A stretch of DNA of 64,000 bases from Octopus sinensis. Taxonomy: Eukaryota. The notes under the pieces were generated by a model. It had not been told where the DNA came from and ran no database searches. It saw nothing but the letters and a program-made list of their open reading frames with translations. The stretch spans positions 6,634,001-6,698,000 of the forward strand of contig NC_043003.1 in the NCBI RefSeq assembly GCF_006345805.1, read 5' to 3'. Of the stretch, positions 38,533 through 50,510 are shown one piece after another. A program made the position numbers and the translations under genes. How positions within the stretch are numbered: position 1 is the stretch's first letter; every line of letters begins with the position of its first letter.

Positions 38533-39488
38533 TACAGGTCATAAATGAGGCGAGTGACCGACATGCCTTCAGTCAGATCTACTGGCTGTTATCCAATGGG
38601 CAGAAAAAAACAATATGCTGCTGAACGAGGATAAATTTGAGCTAATCCACTTTGGAAAAGAGATGCCCTGAAACTCCCATACTCCCTTCCTTCAGGTGAA
38701 ACTCTCGCGGCGTCCAACAACATCAGAGACTTGGGAGTAATTGTGGACAACAACGTAAGCTGGGCCACTCATATAAACATCAAAGTTGACATGGCCCGCA
38801 GAATGTGTTCCTGGATTCTCAGAACTTTCCAGTCGAGAGATATCCACACCATTATCCTTCTCTTCTCCACTTTTGCCCGACCCCACCTTGAATACTGTTG
38901 TCCACTGTGGTCTCCCCACACAATACAAGGTATCATAAAAGTTGAAGCACCACAAAGGGCAATCACAAAAAAGATAGATGGTATGACAGGCCTCGACTAT
39001 TGGGGTCGACTAGAAAAGCTAAAACTCTATTCTCTCCAACGTCGTCGTGAGCGCTACATCATCTGCATGATGTGGAAAATATTCCATCAGCATTGCCCAA
39101 ATGATGTTGGCATCACCTTTAAGGTACATCCAAGGCTTGGGCCCCGTGCCATCCGCCCAAAACAAAAATCGCACTCTCATCTCATAACAACAATACGGCA
39201 CAATTATTTCACCTCAATTGGCCCCGCTCTCATTAACATTACACCAAAACACATTAAAACAGAAACTGACCCTATAGGGTTCAAGACGTCTTTGGACAGA
39301 TTCCTTCAAGAAATTCCGGATAAACCCCCTACACCCGGATATGTCTCTGTAAACAATAACTCTCTACTTGAGTGGGCCATAGTGCCCAAATTCTGACTTG
39401 AAAGACTTCACCAGGTGGTGCTATTAAGTTAGACATGGCCTGGGCCAATAATGGCCGAAACCTATCAAAGTATCAAAGTATCAAAGTA
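38533..39488 (+). mobile_element. CR1-type LINE, 5'-truncated; 221-aa open frame (38731-39396) is the ORF2 C-terminus
   Basis: IRDLGVIVDNNVSW..HI...RTFQSRD...RPHLEYCCPLWSP...QRAITKKI..LYSLQRRRERY; short 3' UTR and (TATCAAAG)n tail. Confidence 0.92.
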
Positions 39489-39536
39489 CACACACACACA
39501 CACTTCAGTTATATATATATATATATATGTGTGTGT

Positions 39537-39815
39537 GGAGGCGCAATGGCCCAGTGGTTAGGGCAGCGGTTGGAGGATCGCGGTTTCGATTCCCAGACCG
39601 GGCGTTGTGTGTGTTTATTGAGCTAAAACACCTAAAGCTCCACGAGGCTCCGGCAGGGTGTGGTGGCGATCCCTGCTGTACTCTTTCTTCTGTTGGCCTG
39701 CTCGCTTAGCCAGCGGGGTGGCGTCGTTTGAAGGCTAAAACAATGCGAAGCGCATTGTGACCAGCGATGTGTAGCAACATCTGATTGCCTGGTCGGTCAC
39801 GGTGATCACGGTGAT
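39537..39815 (+). mobile_element. SINE family C head/core with tail type 3
   Basis: Same head and core; the tail GCTTAGCCAGCGGGGTGGCG...(CACGGTGAT)2 differs from tail types 1 and 2. Confidence 0.8.
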
Positions 39816-40189
39816 ATATATATATCAGTTGCAGGATTCTAATGAAAATATGCAAATCAGAAACTGGACACATGAGCCATTTGTACAAGATTTAGAAACA
39901 AACATTTCATAGGAGATGGGCATCTTTAAAAACATGTGATCACCATGTGTGTATGTATGTATGTATGTTTGTATGTATGTATGTATGTATGTTTGTTTGT
40001 ATGTATGTATGAATGTATGTATGAATGTTTGTATGTATGTATGTATGTATGTATGTATGTATGTTTGTATGTATGTATGTATGCATGCATGTATGTATGT
40101 ATGTATGTATGTATGGTTGTATGTATGAATGTATGTATGTATGTATGTATGTATGTATGTATGTATGTATGTATGTATGTATGTATGTG

Positions 40190-40318
40190 GCTATTACCAG
40201 TAAAGGTTTTAGTTGCCAATTCTGTACAAGACATTGTAGATCTTTAGCTGGGCTAAAAAGTCACTTTCGACCACAGCACCAGTAACAGTTAAGCTTCGTG
40301 CAATGGCCATATTCGATA
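40190..40318 (+). mobile_element. Short RTE-like 3' fragment between (TATG)n arrays
   Basis: CQFCTRHCRSLAGLKSHFR then a stop; ends GAGGGAGACAGCCATCA, like the RTE tail at ~63350-63372. Confidence 0.5.
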
Positions 40319-40521
40319 ACGAGGGAGACAGCCATCATGTATGTATGTATGTATGTATGTATGTATGTATGTATGTATGTATGTATGTATGTATGTATGT
40401 ATGTATGTATGGTTGTATGTATGCATGTATGTATGTATGTATGTATGTATGTATGTATGAATGTATGTATGTGTGTATGTTTGTATGTATGTATGTGCAG
40501 ATTTGTATGTTTTTATGTATG

Positions 40522-40751
40522 TATTCTCATGCATATAGTCACATACCTAGACATGCTCATATATATTTAAATGACAAACTTCTGGAAAGTTTTACAGATT
40601 TTAACTGCTCCAGTGATGGCTTGGATCCGTAGACTTCGAATTAGGTTTCTCTTTTCTGGTTTTGAGAAGTCTAATTCTCAAGATTGATATTTAGGCAGTG
40701 TGTTACATATTCCAGGGCCCAAATAATTACAGGTATAAACCTGAACTTGTG
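40522..40751 (-). mobile_element. 5'-truncated RLE LINE 3' end flanked by (TATG)n on both sides
   Basis: Colinear with 48526-48745, with (TATG)n immediately on both flanks. Confidence 0.8.
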
Positions 40752-41215
40752 ATGTATGTATGTATGTATGTATGTATGTATGTATGTATGTATGTATGTA
40801 TGTATGTATGTGTTATAACTTGAACTTACGACTACGTATTATATGTCATTCAGTCTATTGCGCGTATGTGTGTGTGTATGTGTGTGTGTGTGATGGTTAA
40901 TTCTGATTGCTTCTTTTCCTCTCTATAAAACCTGCTGTAAATTGTTTTGCAACAATAAATGTCTTTTTTTTATGCCAGTTTTATGTGCAGCGTGCGTTTG
41001 GTGCTCTGTTCCCATTAGGCTTTTGGCCTGAATTACATATCACCGGAATAGGACTGCGACGAGGATAGACAGACATGTGTGCTTATGCTGCATTTACCCG
41101 CACAACTGTGGAGTACTTACTTCAGACAATCCATCCCCCGCTATATGGAATCGATGGAAACGTTCGTTTTAGGATTATTTAGAACTACGTCCGATACTAC
41201 AAATTTATGAGAATA

Positions 41216-41872
41216 CCTATTTCTTTATTGCCCACATGGGGCTAAACATAGAGGGGACAAACAAGGACAGACGAAATACCTATTTCTTTACTGCCCACAA
41301 GGGGCTAAACACAGAGAGGACAAACAAGGACAGACAAACGGATTAAGTCGATTATATCGACCCCCAGTGCGTAACTGGTACTTATTTGAAAGACCCCGAA
41401 AGGATGAAAGGCAAAATCGACCTCGGTGGAATTTGAACTCAGAGGCGGACGAAATACCTATTTCTTTATAATCCACAAGGGGCTAAACAGAGAGGACAAA
41501 CAGGGACAGACAAACGGATGAAGTCGATTATATCGACCCCAGTGCGTAACTTGTGCTTAATTTATCGACCCCGAAGGGATGAAAGGCAAAGTCGACCTCA
41601 GCGGAATTAGAACACACAACGTAACGGCAGACGAAATACCTATTTCTTTACTACCCACAAGGGGCTAAACACAGAGTGGACAAACAAGGACAGACAAAGG
41701 GATTAAGTCGATTACATCGACCCCAGTGCGTAACTGGTACTTATTTAATCGACCCCGAAAAGGTGAAAGCCAAAATCGACCTTGGTGGAATTTGAACTCA
41801 GAACGTAACAGCAGACGAAATACCGCTAATCATTTCGCCCGGCGTGCTAACGTTTCTGCCAGCTCGCCGCCT
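41216..41872 (-). mobile_element. SINE family B, head plus three full and one partial tandem units, 18-bp TSD
   Basis: TSD TACAAATTTATGAGAATA at 41198-41215 and 41873-41890. Confidence 0.92.
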
Positions 41873-42077
41873 TACAAATTTATGAGAATATCACAAAATG
41901 AAGTTATTACGCCAATTTTTCGGGGAAGACGGACAAAGACACTTCGACGCCTTGAGAATTACGGAATCTGCCCCGTTAACTAGTGTTTGGCTTACTGAAT
42001 GAACTTTGGAGATCTGCTAAAAATGCGCACACAGCACGTTACTCTTTTACAAAATTAAATCAGAAACCTGAAGATTG

Positions 42078-42841
42078 GGTGCTTTTTGGTTATCTCACCC
42101 CTATTAAAAAATTGGGTTACCTCCCCCAACTAAAAAACTGTTTAACCCTCAATAAAACAAAACACAAAAATGAAAAATTAATAAACATGAAAAGCGGAAA
42201 GATTAAACGTTTTATTGAACCTTTACTATCTTTTTTTTTATTCTTTTTTACTTGTTTCAGTCATGTGACTGCGGCCATGCTGGAGCACCGCCTTTAGTCG
42301 AGCAAATCGATCCCAGGACTTATTCTTTGTAAGCCTTGTACTTATTCTATCGGTCTCTTTTGCCGAACCGCTAAGTAACGGGGACGTAAACACACCAGCA
42401 TCGGTTGTCAAGCCATGTTGTGGGGACAAACACAGACAACAAACACATACACATATATATGCATATACATATATACGACGGGCTTCTTTTCAGTTTCCGT
42501 CTACCAAATTCACTCAGAAGGCTTTGGTCGGCCCAAGGCTATAGTAGAAGACACTTGCCCAAGGTGCCACGTAGTGGGGCTGAACACGGAACCATGTGGT
42601 TGGTAAGCAAGCTACTTACCACACAGCCACTCCTGCGCCTGATAATATTTTTATAACAAATCCCACCATTCCTATTGGGGAGGCCAAAGGTCAACAATGT
42701 GTTGAAATATTGAATCAAAAGAATACAATTCTTTTAATAATCCAGTCTCTTGTTGCCACATAAACGCAACTTTTTAGTGGGGAGATAACCTAATTTTTTA
42801 ATGGCAATTTTTTAATGGGGGTGAGATAACCAAAAAGTACC
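42078..42841. mobile_element. Merlin-like MITE inserted in gag
   Basis: 37-bp TIRs GGT(G/A)CTTTTTGGTTATCTCACCCC(T/C)ATTAAAAAATTG, an 8-bp TSD with one mismatch (GAAGATTG/AAAGATTG) and subterminal repeats of GGTTATCTC. GGNRM termini and an 8-bp TSD fit Merlin/IS1016. Confidence 0.78.
42245..42640 (-). mobile_element. SINE family A nested in the Merlin-like MITE
   Basis: Full-length match. Confidence 0.9.
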
Positions 42842-44729
42842 AAAGATTGCAATGGTTTCATTGTCAGAATACAACAAGCTTTACTTGAGTGTGAATACGA
42901 TCTGATTCCTCCAAAAATGTTTGAAAACGCAATGACTTTGCAATGTCTACTTTCCGGTATTCGTGATGAGACTGCTCTTTCTAAATTGCTTTCGGAAGAA
43001 GAATTAAAGCTTACATAGGAAGAAGTCTGTGCTATAGTTTGTCAAAGCGAAAACATTTCATATCAGCTAAATAAATTTTCTGTACAAACAGAGGCAGATG
43101 CTGCGCAATCTATCACGTCTACAAAAACTCGGCCATCTAGTCTTACAGAAAAACACTTTACTTGCTACAGTTGTGGATTTATACATTATCGGCAAACCGT
43201 TTGTCTTTTTATGTGGTAAAACGGGACATCTTGCCAGAGTTTGTCGTACAAAGAACAATGAACACAGTTTCATCTTCAAAGAAACAATCGGTGGGAAAAA
43301 TGAAAACAAATCTGGGAAACTAAGACCAATATTTCGCTTTAAATCCAATTTTAAATACCACTGTTAACACTACAGTCCAACCACCTCCGTATGTTGTCGA
43401 TGTGATAACTGAAGGTTAGTCAGTACGCATGGAAACCGACACGGGTGTTTCGATCTCTATGGTTACCATTCGTTCTGTCAGCAGTTTACCACCATTTTCT
43501 AAAAACTGCTCTACTTTAAAAAACATATACCGGGCAAGAAATCCCAATAATTGGAGTTTGCAATGTAAACGTGCAACATGGTGATATCAAACGTGTTCTA
43601 CCAGTATACGTAATCACTGGAAATCGTCCGAACATGTTGGGTCGTGATTGGTTACGACAATTACCTGGTACACTCACCGTGATTAAAACTGTTTGTGATA
43701 CACCATCGTTGTGACAACTGAAAAAGAAATACTGTACTTTGTTTGGCTCCAAGTTTGTAAAATTGAATGGATTTAAAGCAAACATAAAATTACTTTCCAA
43801 CAAGTCCTCGCGGTTTTGTAAATCTCGAACACTTGCGTACGCTTTGCGGCCAAAAGTGGGAACCGAATTACAACGTTTACAATCGGAAGGGGTTATTGTT
43901 CCAGTTCAATACTCTGATTGGGCTGCTCCCATTATTATCAGTGATGAAACCGGAAGGCTCAATGTGCATTTGCGGAGATTATAAACTTACAGTCAACCAG
44001 TCAGCTGTTTTAGACAAGTACCCGTTACCTAAAATAGAAGATTTGTACACGACGCTAGCGGGAGGTCAGAAGTTCGCAAAAATTGATCTCAGTCATGCAT
44101 TTTCCCAGATTGAATTCGATTACGATTCTCCTGCTTGCACTACGATTGCTATTCATATTGGGTTGTTTCAATTTACTCGATTACCATTTGGTATTAATTC
44201 AGCCCCAGGAATGCTTCAACGCATTATCGACAACATTGCGAAAGATGTGCCATGGCCTTGTGCATATCGAGATGATTTACTAATCCCCGACCGTTCCGAT
44301 GATGAACATCTTCACGCATTATCCATCATACTCGATCGTCTTCACAAAAGCCGATTAAAACTGAAGAAGAACAAATGTGAGTTTTTTTCTTTTTTCTTTT
44401 TGGGATGCTGTTTGTTATCTTGGTTACCGACTTAATAAAGATGGCTTCTAAATTAGGGGTGATCAAGTGCAGCCTATTTTAAATGCATCAGAACCTAAAA
44501 ACAATAGGGAGTTAAGATCATTTGTAGGAATGTTATCACATTATCGTCATTTTTTTTAATACCAAATATTTCAACAGTGCTGACACCCTTATATTCTTTT
44601 TTGCATAAAGATTCCTTTGGGGGTGGAATGTTAAACAGCAGAAAACGTTTGCAACAGCTAAGAAGTTACTTACTAGTTCATCTGTACTCGTGCATTATGA
44701 CCCGCACAAACGTTTAATGTTACAATATG

Positions 44730-44946
44730 TTTCTTTACTACCCACAAGGGGCTAAACACAGAGGAGACAAACAAGAACAGACAGATGTATTAAGTCGTAA
44801 CTGGTACTTAATTTATCGACCCCGAAAGGATGAAAGGATGAAAGGTAAAGTCGACCTCGGCGGAATTTGAACTCAGAAGGTAAAGACAGACGAAATACCT
44901 CTGAGCATTTCGCCCGGCGTGCTAACCACTCTGCCAGCGCGCCGCC
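44730..44946 (-). mobile_element. SINE family B monomer in RNase H, 17-bp TSD
   Basis: TSD TTTAATGTTACAATATG at 44713-44729 and 44947-44963. Confidence 0.9.
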
Positions 44947-45583
44947 TTTAATGTTACAATATGATGCATCTCCATCAGGGCTAGGTACAGCCCTTTGCCA
45001 TCGAATGAATGGCAGTACTGTTCGTCCTGTAGGTTTTGCCTCGCTTACTGTTACCAGCTGAAAAGAACTATTCTCAGTTGGACAAAGAAGTACTTGCAGT
45101 TTTATTTGGTGTCAAGTGATTCCGTTAATATGTTTGCGGCCGTCATTTTGAAATTTATACTGATCATAAACCTTTGATTGCCCTACTTGTAGAAGAGCGG
45201 GATATTCATCAAATGTGTTCACCTAGAATGCAGAGATGGGCTTTGATGTTAAGAGCTTATAGCTATCGCAAGCATTACGTTCCTGGGCTTAAGAATGTTA
45301 ATGCTGAGCCGTTTACCCTTGAATTCTTCGTTGCACGAAATTGAAGGAGCAGAGGCGGAAGTGGTACACGTGATGCAACATTTTAGTGGCACACCTATCC
45401 GAGGACAGGATACACTTCGACAAACAGACGAAGATCTGTCCAGTGTCAAACATTATCGTTTAAGAGGGCGGCCATCCAAAACAAGTTTAGAGTTAAAACC
45501 GTTTTTACAGTGTAAAGATGAACTAAATTTGCACGAGGGCTGCATATTTTGGGGTCCTCATAGAATTGTACCCTTTTAAATTA

Positions 45584-45972
45584 ACTCTTTCACTCATTTA
45601 CTCTTTTACTTGTTTCAGTCATTTGACTGTGGCCATGCTGGAGCACCGCCTTTAGTCGAGCAAATCGACCCCAGGACTTATTCTTTGTAAGCCTAGTACT
45701 TATTCTATCGGTCTCTTTTGCCGAACCGCTAAGTTACGGGGACCTAAACATACCAGCATCGGTTGTCAAGCGATGTTGGGGAGACAAACACAGACACACA
45801 AACATATACACACACATGCATATATATATACATATATACGACGGGCTTCTTTCAGTTTCCGTCTACCACATCCACTCACAAGGCTTTGGTTGGTTCGAGG
45901 CTATAGTAGAAGACACTTGCCCAAGGTGCCATGCAGTGGGACTGAACCCGGGACCATGTGGTTTGGCAAGCA
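45584..45972 (-). mobile_element. SINE family A inserted at the start of the Gypsy integrase
   Basis: Splits IVPF...QQLLNELHDAHPG. Confidence 0.88.
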
Positions 45973-46612
45973 ACAATTGCTTAATGAGTTGCATGATGCT
46001 CATCCAGGCATAAATCGAATGAAGGCATTATCGCGAAACTGCTGGTGGTGGCCCAATCTGGATGTTGATATTAAGCAGGTGTGTAGATGTGATGTTTGTC
46101 AACAATATCAGCAACAAAACACGCCAGGACCTGTACATCCCTGAAAGTAGCCAGAAAAACCGTGGCAAAGGTTGCACGTTGATCATTTTGGTCCTCTTAA
46201 TGGTATGATGTGCTTATTGATTATCGATGCACATTCGAAATGGATAGATGTACGTAAGTGGTTCATGCTACAGCAGAATCTACGGAAGCCCGACTACGCT
46301 CATCATTTTCTACATCTGTTCGGATAATGGCACCTCTTTCACAAGTGAGGTTTTCCAAACATTTTTGAGAAAGAATGGGGTACGTCACATAAAACCGTAT
46401 CATCCGTCTTCAAATGGCCAAGCAGAGAGGAAGCACTCCGTCGGTTACGACGACGACGGTTCCGGTTGATCCGATCAACGGAACAGCCTGCTCGTGAAAT
46501 TAACGTGTAAGTGGCTGAGCACTCCACAGACAAAGGCCGGCCCTTTGAAATACAGGTACAACAGAAACAGGAAGTAAGAGTAAGAGAAAGTTGTGGTGAA
46601 AGAGTACAGCAT

Positions 46613-46754
46613 GGATCACCACCATCCCTGCCTGAGCCTCGTGAAGCTTTTGGTGTTTTCGCTCAATAAACACTCACAACGCCCGGTCTGGGAATCGAAA
46701 CCGCGATCCTACGACCGCGAGTCCGCTGCCCTAACCACTGGGCCATTGCGCCTC
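46613..46754 (-). mobile_element. SINE family C, 5' half
   Basis: Head and core only. Confidence 0.82.
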
Positions 46755-47081
46755 CCGGCCAAGCAGAATGAGCTGTTCAGACGGTAAAGAATAGATTGAA
46801 GAGGCAAAGTACCAGAAAGCTCCAAGACTAAACTGGATCCTTTACTTTTTTTCCTGTCGCACAACCCCAACTGAATCTACAAACAAGTCCCCAGCGGAGT
46901 TATTGTTTGGACCCAAATCTACAAACAAGGTTCAAACTTTTATTCTCGCCATCGCACAAAAATATTGAAGAAAAACGAACACGAATGAATGCGAAGAACA
47001 AGGAAAGACCACAAATGAAAGCGTCTGGTACTGTGTATACTCGACTTCCCTATGAGCCGTGTTGGCAACCAGCAACAGTAG

Positions 47082-47451
47082 GAGGCGCAATGGCCCAGTG
47101 GTTAAGGCAGCGGACTCGCGGTCGGAGGATCGCGGTTTCGATTCTCAGACCGGGCGTTGTGAGTGTTTATTGAGCGAAAACACCTAAAGCTCCACGAGGC
47201 TCCGGCAGGGGGTGGTGATCCCTGCTGTACTCTTTCGATCCAACTTTCTCTCACTCTTTCTTCCTGTTTCTTGTCCCCGACTTCCTACGCATCCACTGAG
47301 CCTGGATGCGCATTCATTCATCCATCCGTCGAAGCTCTCGGTGTCGGGGGTTGACTTGCTTTCTCTTCTGCGGGTCTTACGAATGGCAAAGGACCACGTT
47401 TCGGACTTCTCTCACTAATGGGACGATTTCGATTCGCTCAACAAACAAACA
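47082..47451 (+). mobile_element. SINE family C, tail type 1, 15-bp TSD
   Basis: TSD AACCAGCAACAGTAG at 47067-47081 and 47452-47466; (CAAA)n tail. Confidence 0.9.
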
Positions 47452-47997
47452 AACCAGCAACAGTAGTTGAAACTTTTGGAAGTTTAATCAATTTGCGTTT
47501 AGCAAGGGGTCAAGTTGTGCGCAGACATTCGGATCACATTCGATCTCGAGTAACGAATACAATCAATGAACAAACGGAAGTGAACGAGGAAACTGGGTTA
47601 ACCTCAACTGGTGAAAGTGAATTTGGATGCAAGAGAAACAGCTAACGGCCCTACGTTGCGACGATCAAATCCTGTTGACCGCAATCAGGCTCAAACATAG
47701 AATGTCGACCAGAAGAGAGAAAGAGAAGTTACGACTTACGGACTACGTGTTATGTGTCATTCAATCTATCGCGGGTGTGCATGTGTGTGTGTGTGTGTAT
47801 GTGTGTGTGTGTGGTGTGTGTGTGTGATGGTTAATTATGATTGCTTCTTTTCCTGTCCATAAAACCTGCTGTAAATTATTTTGCAGCCATAAATATTTTT
47901 ATTAATCTCTCTCATCTACATCGTGCGTTCGGTGTTCTGTTTTCATTAGACTTTGGCCTCAATTACATCTTACTGGAATAGGACTGCTACTTATTAG

Positions 47998-48525
47998 TAT
48001 GTATGGATGTATGTATGTATGTATGTATGTATGAATGAATGTATGTAGTATGTATGTATGTGTGTGTGTGTATGTTTGTATGTATGTATGTATATGTGTA
48101 TGTATGTACGTATATTTGCATGTATGTGTGTATGTGTGTATGTATGTATGTATGTATGTATGTATGTATATTTGCATGTATGTGTGTATGTGTGTATGTA
48201 TGTATGTATGTGTGTATGTATGTATGTATGTATGTATGTTTGTATGTATGTGTGTATGTATGCGTGTATGTATGTGTGTATGTGTGTATGTATGTATGTA
48301 TGTATGTATGTATGTATGTATGTATGTATGTGTGTATGTATGTATGATTGTATGTGTGTATGTATGTGTGTGTGATGTATGTATGTATGCTTGTATGTGT
48401 TTATGTATGTATGCTTGTATGTATGTATGTGTGTGTGTATGTATGCATGTATGTATGTATGTATGTATGTATGTATGTATGTATGTATGTATGTATGCAT
48501 GTTTGTATGTATGTATGCATGTATG
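47998..48525. repeat. (TATG)n/(TG)n array adjoining the RLE LINE 3' end
   Basis: Directly visible. Confidence 0.95.
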
Positions 48526-49400
48526 TATTCTCATGCATATAGTTCCATATGTAGACATGCTCATATATCTTTTAATGATAAACTTTACAGATTTTTACAG
48601 TTCCACTGATGGATTAGATCTGTAGTCTTCGAATTAACTTTCTCCTTTCTGGTTTTCAGAAGCCTAATTTCTCAATTTTGGTATTTAGGCAGTGTGTTAC
48701 ATATCCCAGGGCCCCAATAATTACAGGTATAAACCTGAACTTGTAATCTGAATAGAGTAACTTCAGATTTCTCAATAGTTCAGCATAGGTATTCTCTCTT
48801 TTCCACTGATCTTCAGTTTTATGTTAGCATCCACTGAGCAGCTAATTTCCACAACTGTGCAAAGTTTCTCTTCTCTATCCCAAATCATTATATCAGGTCT
48901 GTTGTACTTACATTTTATTGAGGTTTTCACTGGGACATTCCACTTGTATTCCTTTTTATTATGAGTGGCTATGGCTTCTACCATACTGTGGGTTCTTATT
49001 TCTTTGTCCTCGGGATTATCCTTCCGACAGATTTCATTATAGAGTGTCCCAGCTACAACATCATGTCTCATCGGTAGATAACACCGTGATGACATTTTCG
49101 GGCAACTGCTTATGATGTGAAAGATATCTTCAGTGTGAACCCCACAAAGTCTGCATCGGTTGTCACATTTTACTGCTTTTCCTGCATCTCTATCCCTTTT
49201 GTGCATCAGGTACATGGTTGATATTTCCTGTTCCTGGATTGCAAACGCATACCCTTCAAAATTTCTCAAGATTGGTATTTAGGCAGTGTGTTACGTATCC
49301 CATGTCCCCCAAAATTACAGGTATGACCTGAACTTGTAATCTGGACAGAGCAACAGCAAATTTCTCGATTGGTCCATGATAGACTGCTTTGATAATCGAT
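48526..49400 (-). mobile_element. RLE-encoding (R4/Dong-like) LINE 3' region with CCHC knuckle and restriction-like endonuclease
   Basis: FAIQEQEI...CRLCGVHTEDIFHIISSC...RHDVVA...RPDIMIWDREEKLCTVVEISCSVD; 49262-49345 duplicates 48668-48750. Confidence 0.85.
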
Positions 49401-49429
49401 GTTACTTTCTACTAACGAGTCCATGAACA

Positions 49430-49753
49430 TGTATGTGTGGGAATGTGTGTGTATATGTGTGTTTATGTGTATGTATGTGTATATGTGTGTGTATGTGTGT
49501 GTATGTGTGTGTATGTGTGTGTATATGTGTGTGTATATGTGTGTGAATGTGTGTGTGTTATTGTGTGTGTATGTGTGTGTGTGAATGTGTGTGTATGTGT
49601 GTGTATGTGTGTGTATATGTGTGTGTGAATGTGTGTGTATGTGTGTGTGTATATGTGTGTGTATGTGTGTGTGTGTGTGAATGTGTGTGTATGTGTGTGT
49701 ATGTGTATATATGTGTGTGTATGTGTGTGTGTGAATGTGTGTGTATGTGTGTG

Positions 49754-49790
<37 letters not shown>

Positions 49791-49795
49791 ACTAT
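49430..49795. repeat. (TG)n/(TGTGTA)n microsatellite
   Basis: Directly visible. Confidence 0.95.
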
Positions 49796-50264
49796 AATGC
49801 TTGAGTAACCGATAGCCTGTTACCGCTTTGAAACTCAAGACAGTCGGTAAATGTTTCAAAAGATCTCCTTACAAATGGCCCCGCATGGATTGCGCCTCTC
49901 CTCTCAACTGAAACCGGAAGTATCCCAGGATTCTAAGCATCCCAGTTCCATGGAGAATCAAGGGTTGCTGCAGACGTATTTCTTGTCCCTGGATTGTGTG
50001 GGATCAGTTTTTTAATGGGGAAGATGTATGTTTTGCTAGACTACAGCTTCATTGGCGGAGTTGCCTATCATTTCTAGTATTCGTTGGGTCCTTCACTGCG
50101 TGTTGTTCTTGTTTAGGGGTCAGTATGATATTCCCTTTTGACTATTTTTTTCTTTTGGTTTATTTCAATTTTATAATATAGCCATCTAAGAATGTAGTTT
50201 TCAATCACATGTCCATAAAAGGATTGCTTCACCTGCTCACCCATCTTAGTTCTTCTGTCTTTGC

Positions 50265-50510
50265 TCTCTCTCTCTCTCTCCCTCTCTTCCTGTCTCCCTT
50301 TCTCTCTCCCTCTCTCCCTTTCTCTCTCTCCCTCTCTCCCTCTCTCCCTTTCTCTCTCTCACTCTCTCCCTTTCTCTCTCTCACTCTCTCTCCATTTCTC
50401 TCTCCCTCTCTCTCTTTTTCTCCCTCTCTCTCCCTCTCTCCCTTTCTCTCTCTCCCTTTCTCTCTTTCTCTCTCTCTCCTTCTCTCTCTCTCCCTCTCTC
50501 TCTCTCTACT
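50265..50510. repeat. (CT)n-rich microsatellite
   Basis: Directly visible. Confidence 0.95.

Larger units (their letters stand above)
40811..47990 (+). mobile_element. Decayed Ty3/Gypsy LTR retrotransposon (Mag-like) with both LTRs and nested insertions
   Basis: LTRs at ~40811-41055 and ~47729-47990, roughly 80-85% identical by eye. PBS-like TGCGACGAGG at 41055 and polypurine tract AGAAGAGAGAAAGAGAAG at 47711-47728. Gag CCHC knuckle (C..CGKTGHLARVC), protease (METDTG), RT (ICGDYK..YPLPKIEDL..RLPFGINSAPG..YRDDLL), RNase H (DAS..GLG, YTDHKPL) and integrase (HPGINRMK..C..C, HVDHFGP, SDNG, SNGQAER), all disrupted. Confidence 0.92.

Noticed and set aside
47082-47160. tRNA-like sequences (heads of families A, B and C)
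   Set aside because: They lack a complete acceptor stem and run directly into dispersed repeat bodies, so they are SINE heads rather than tRNA genes.
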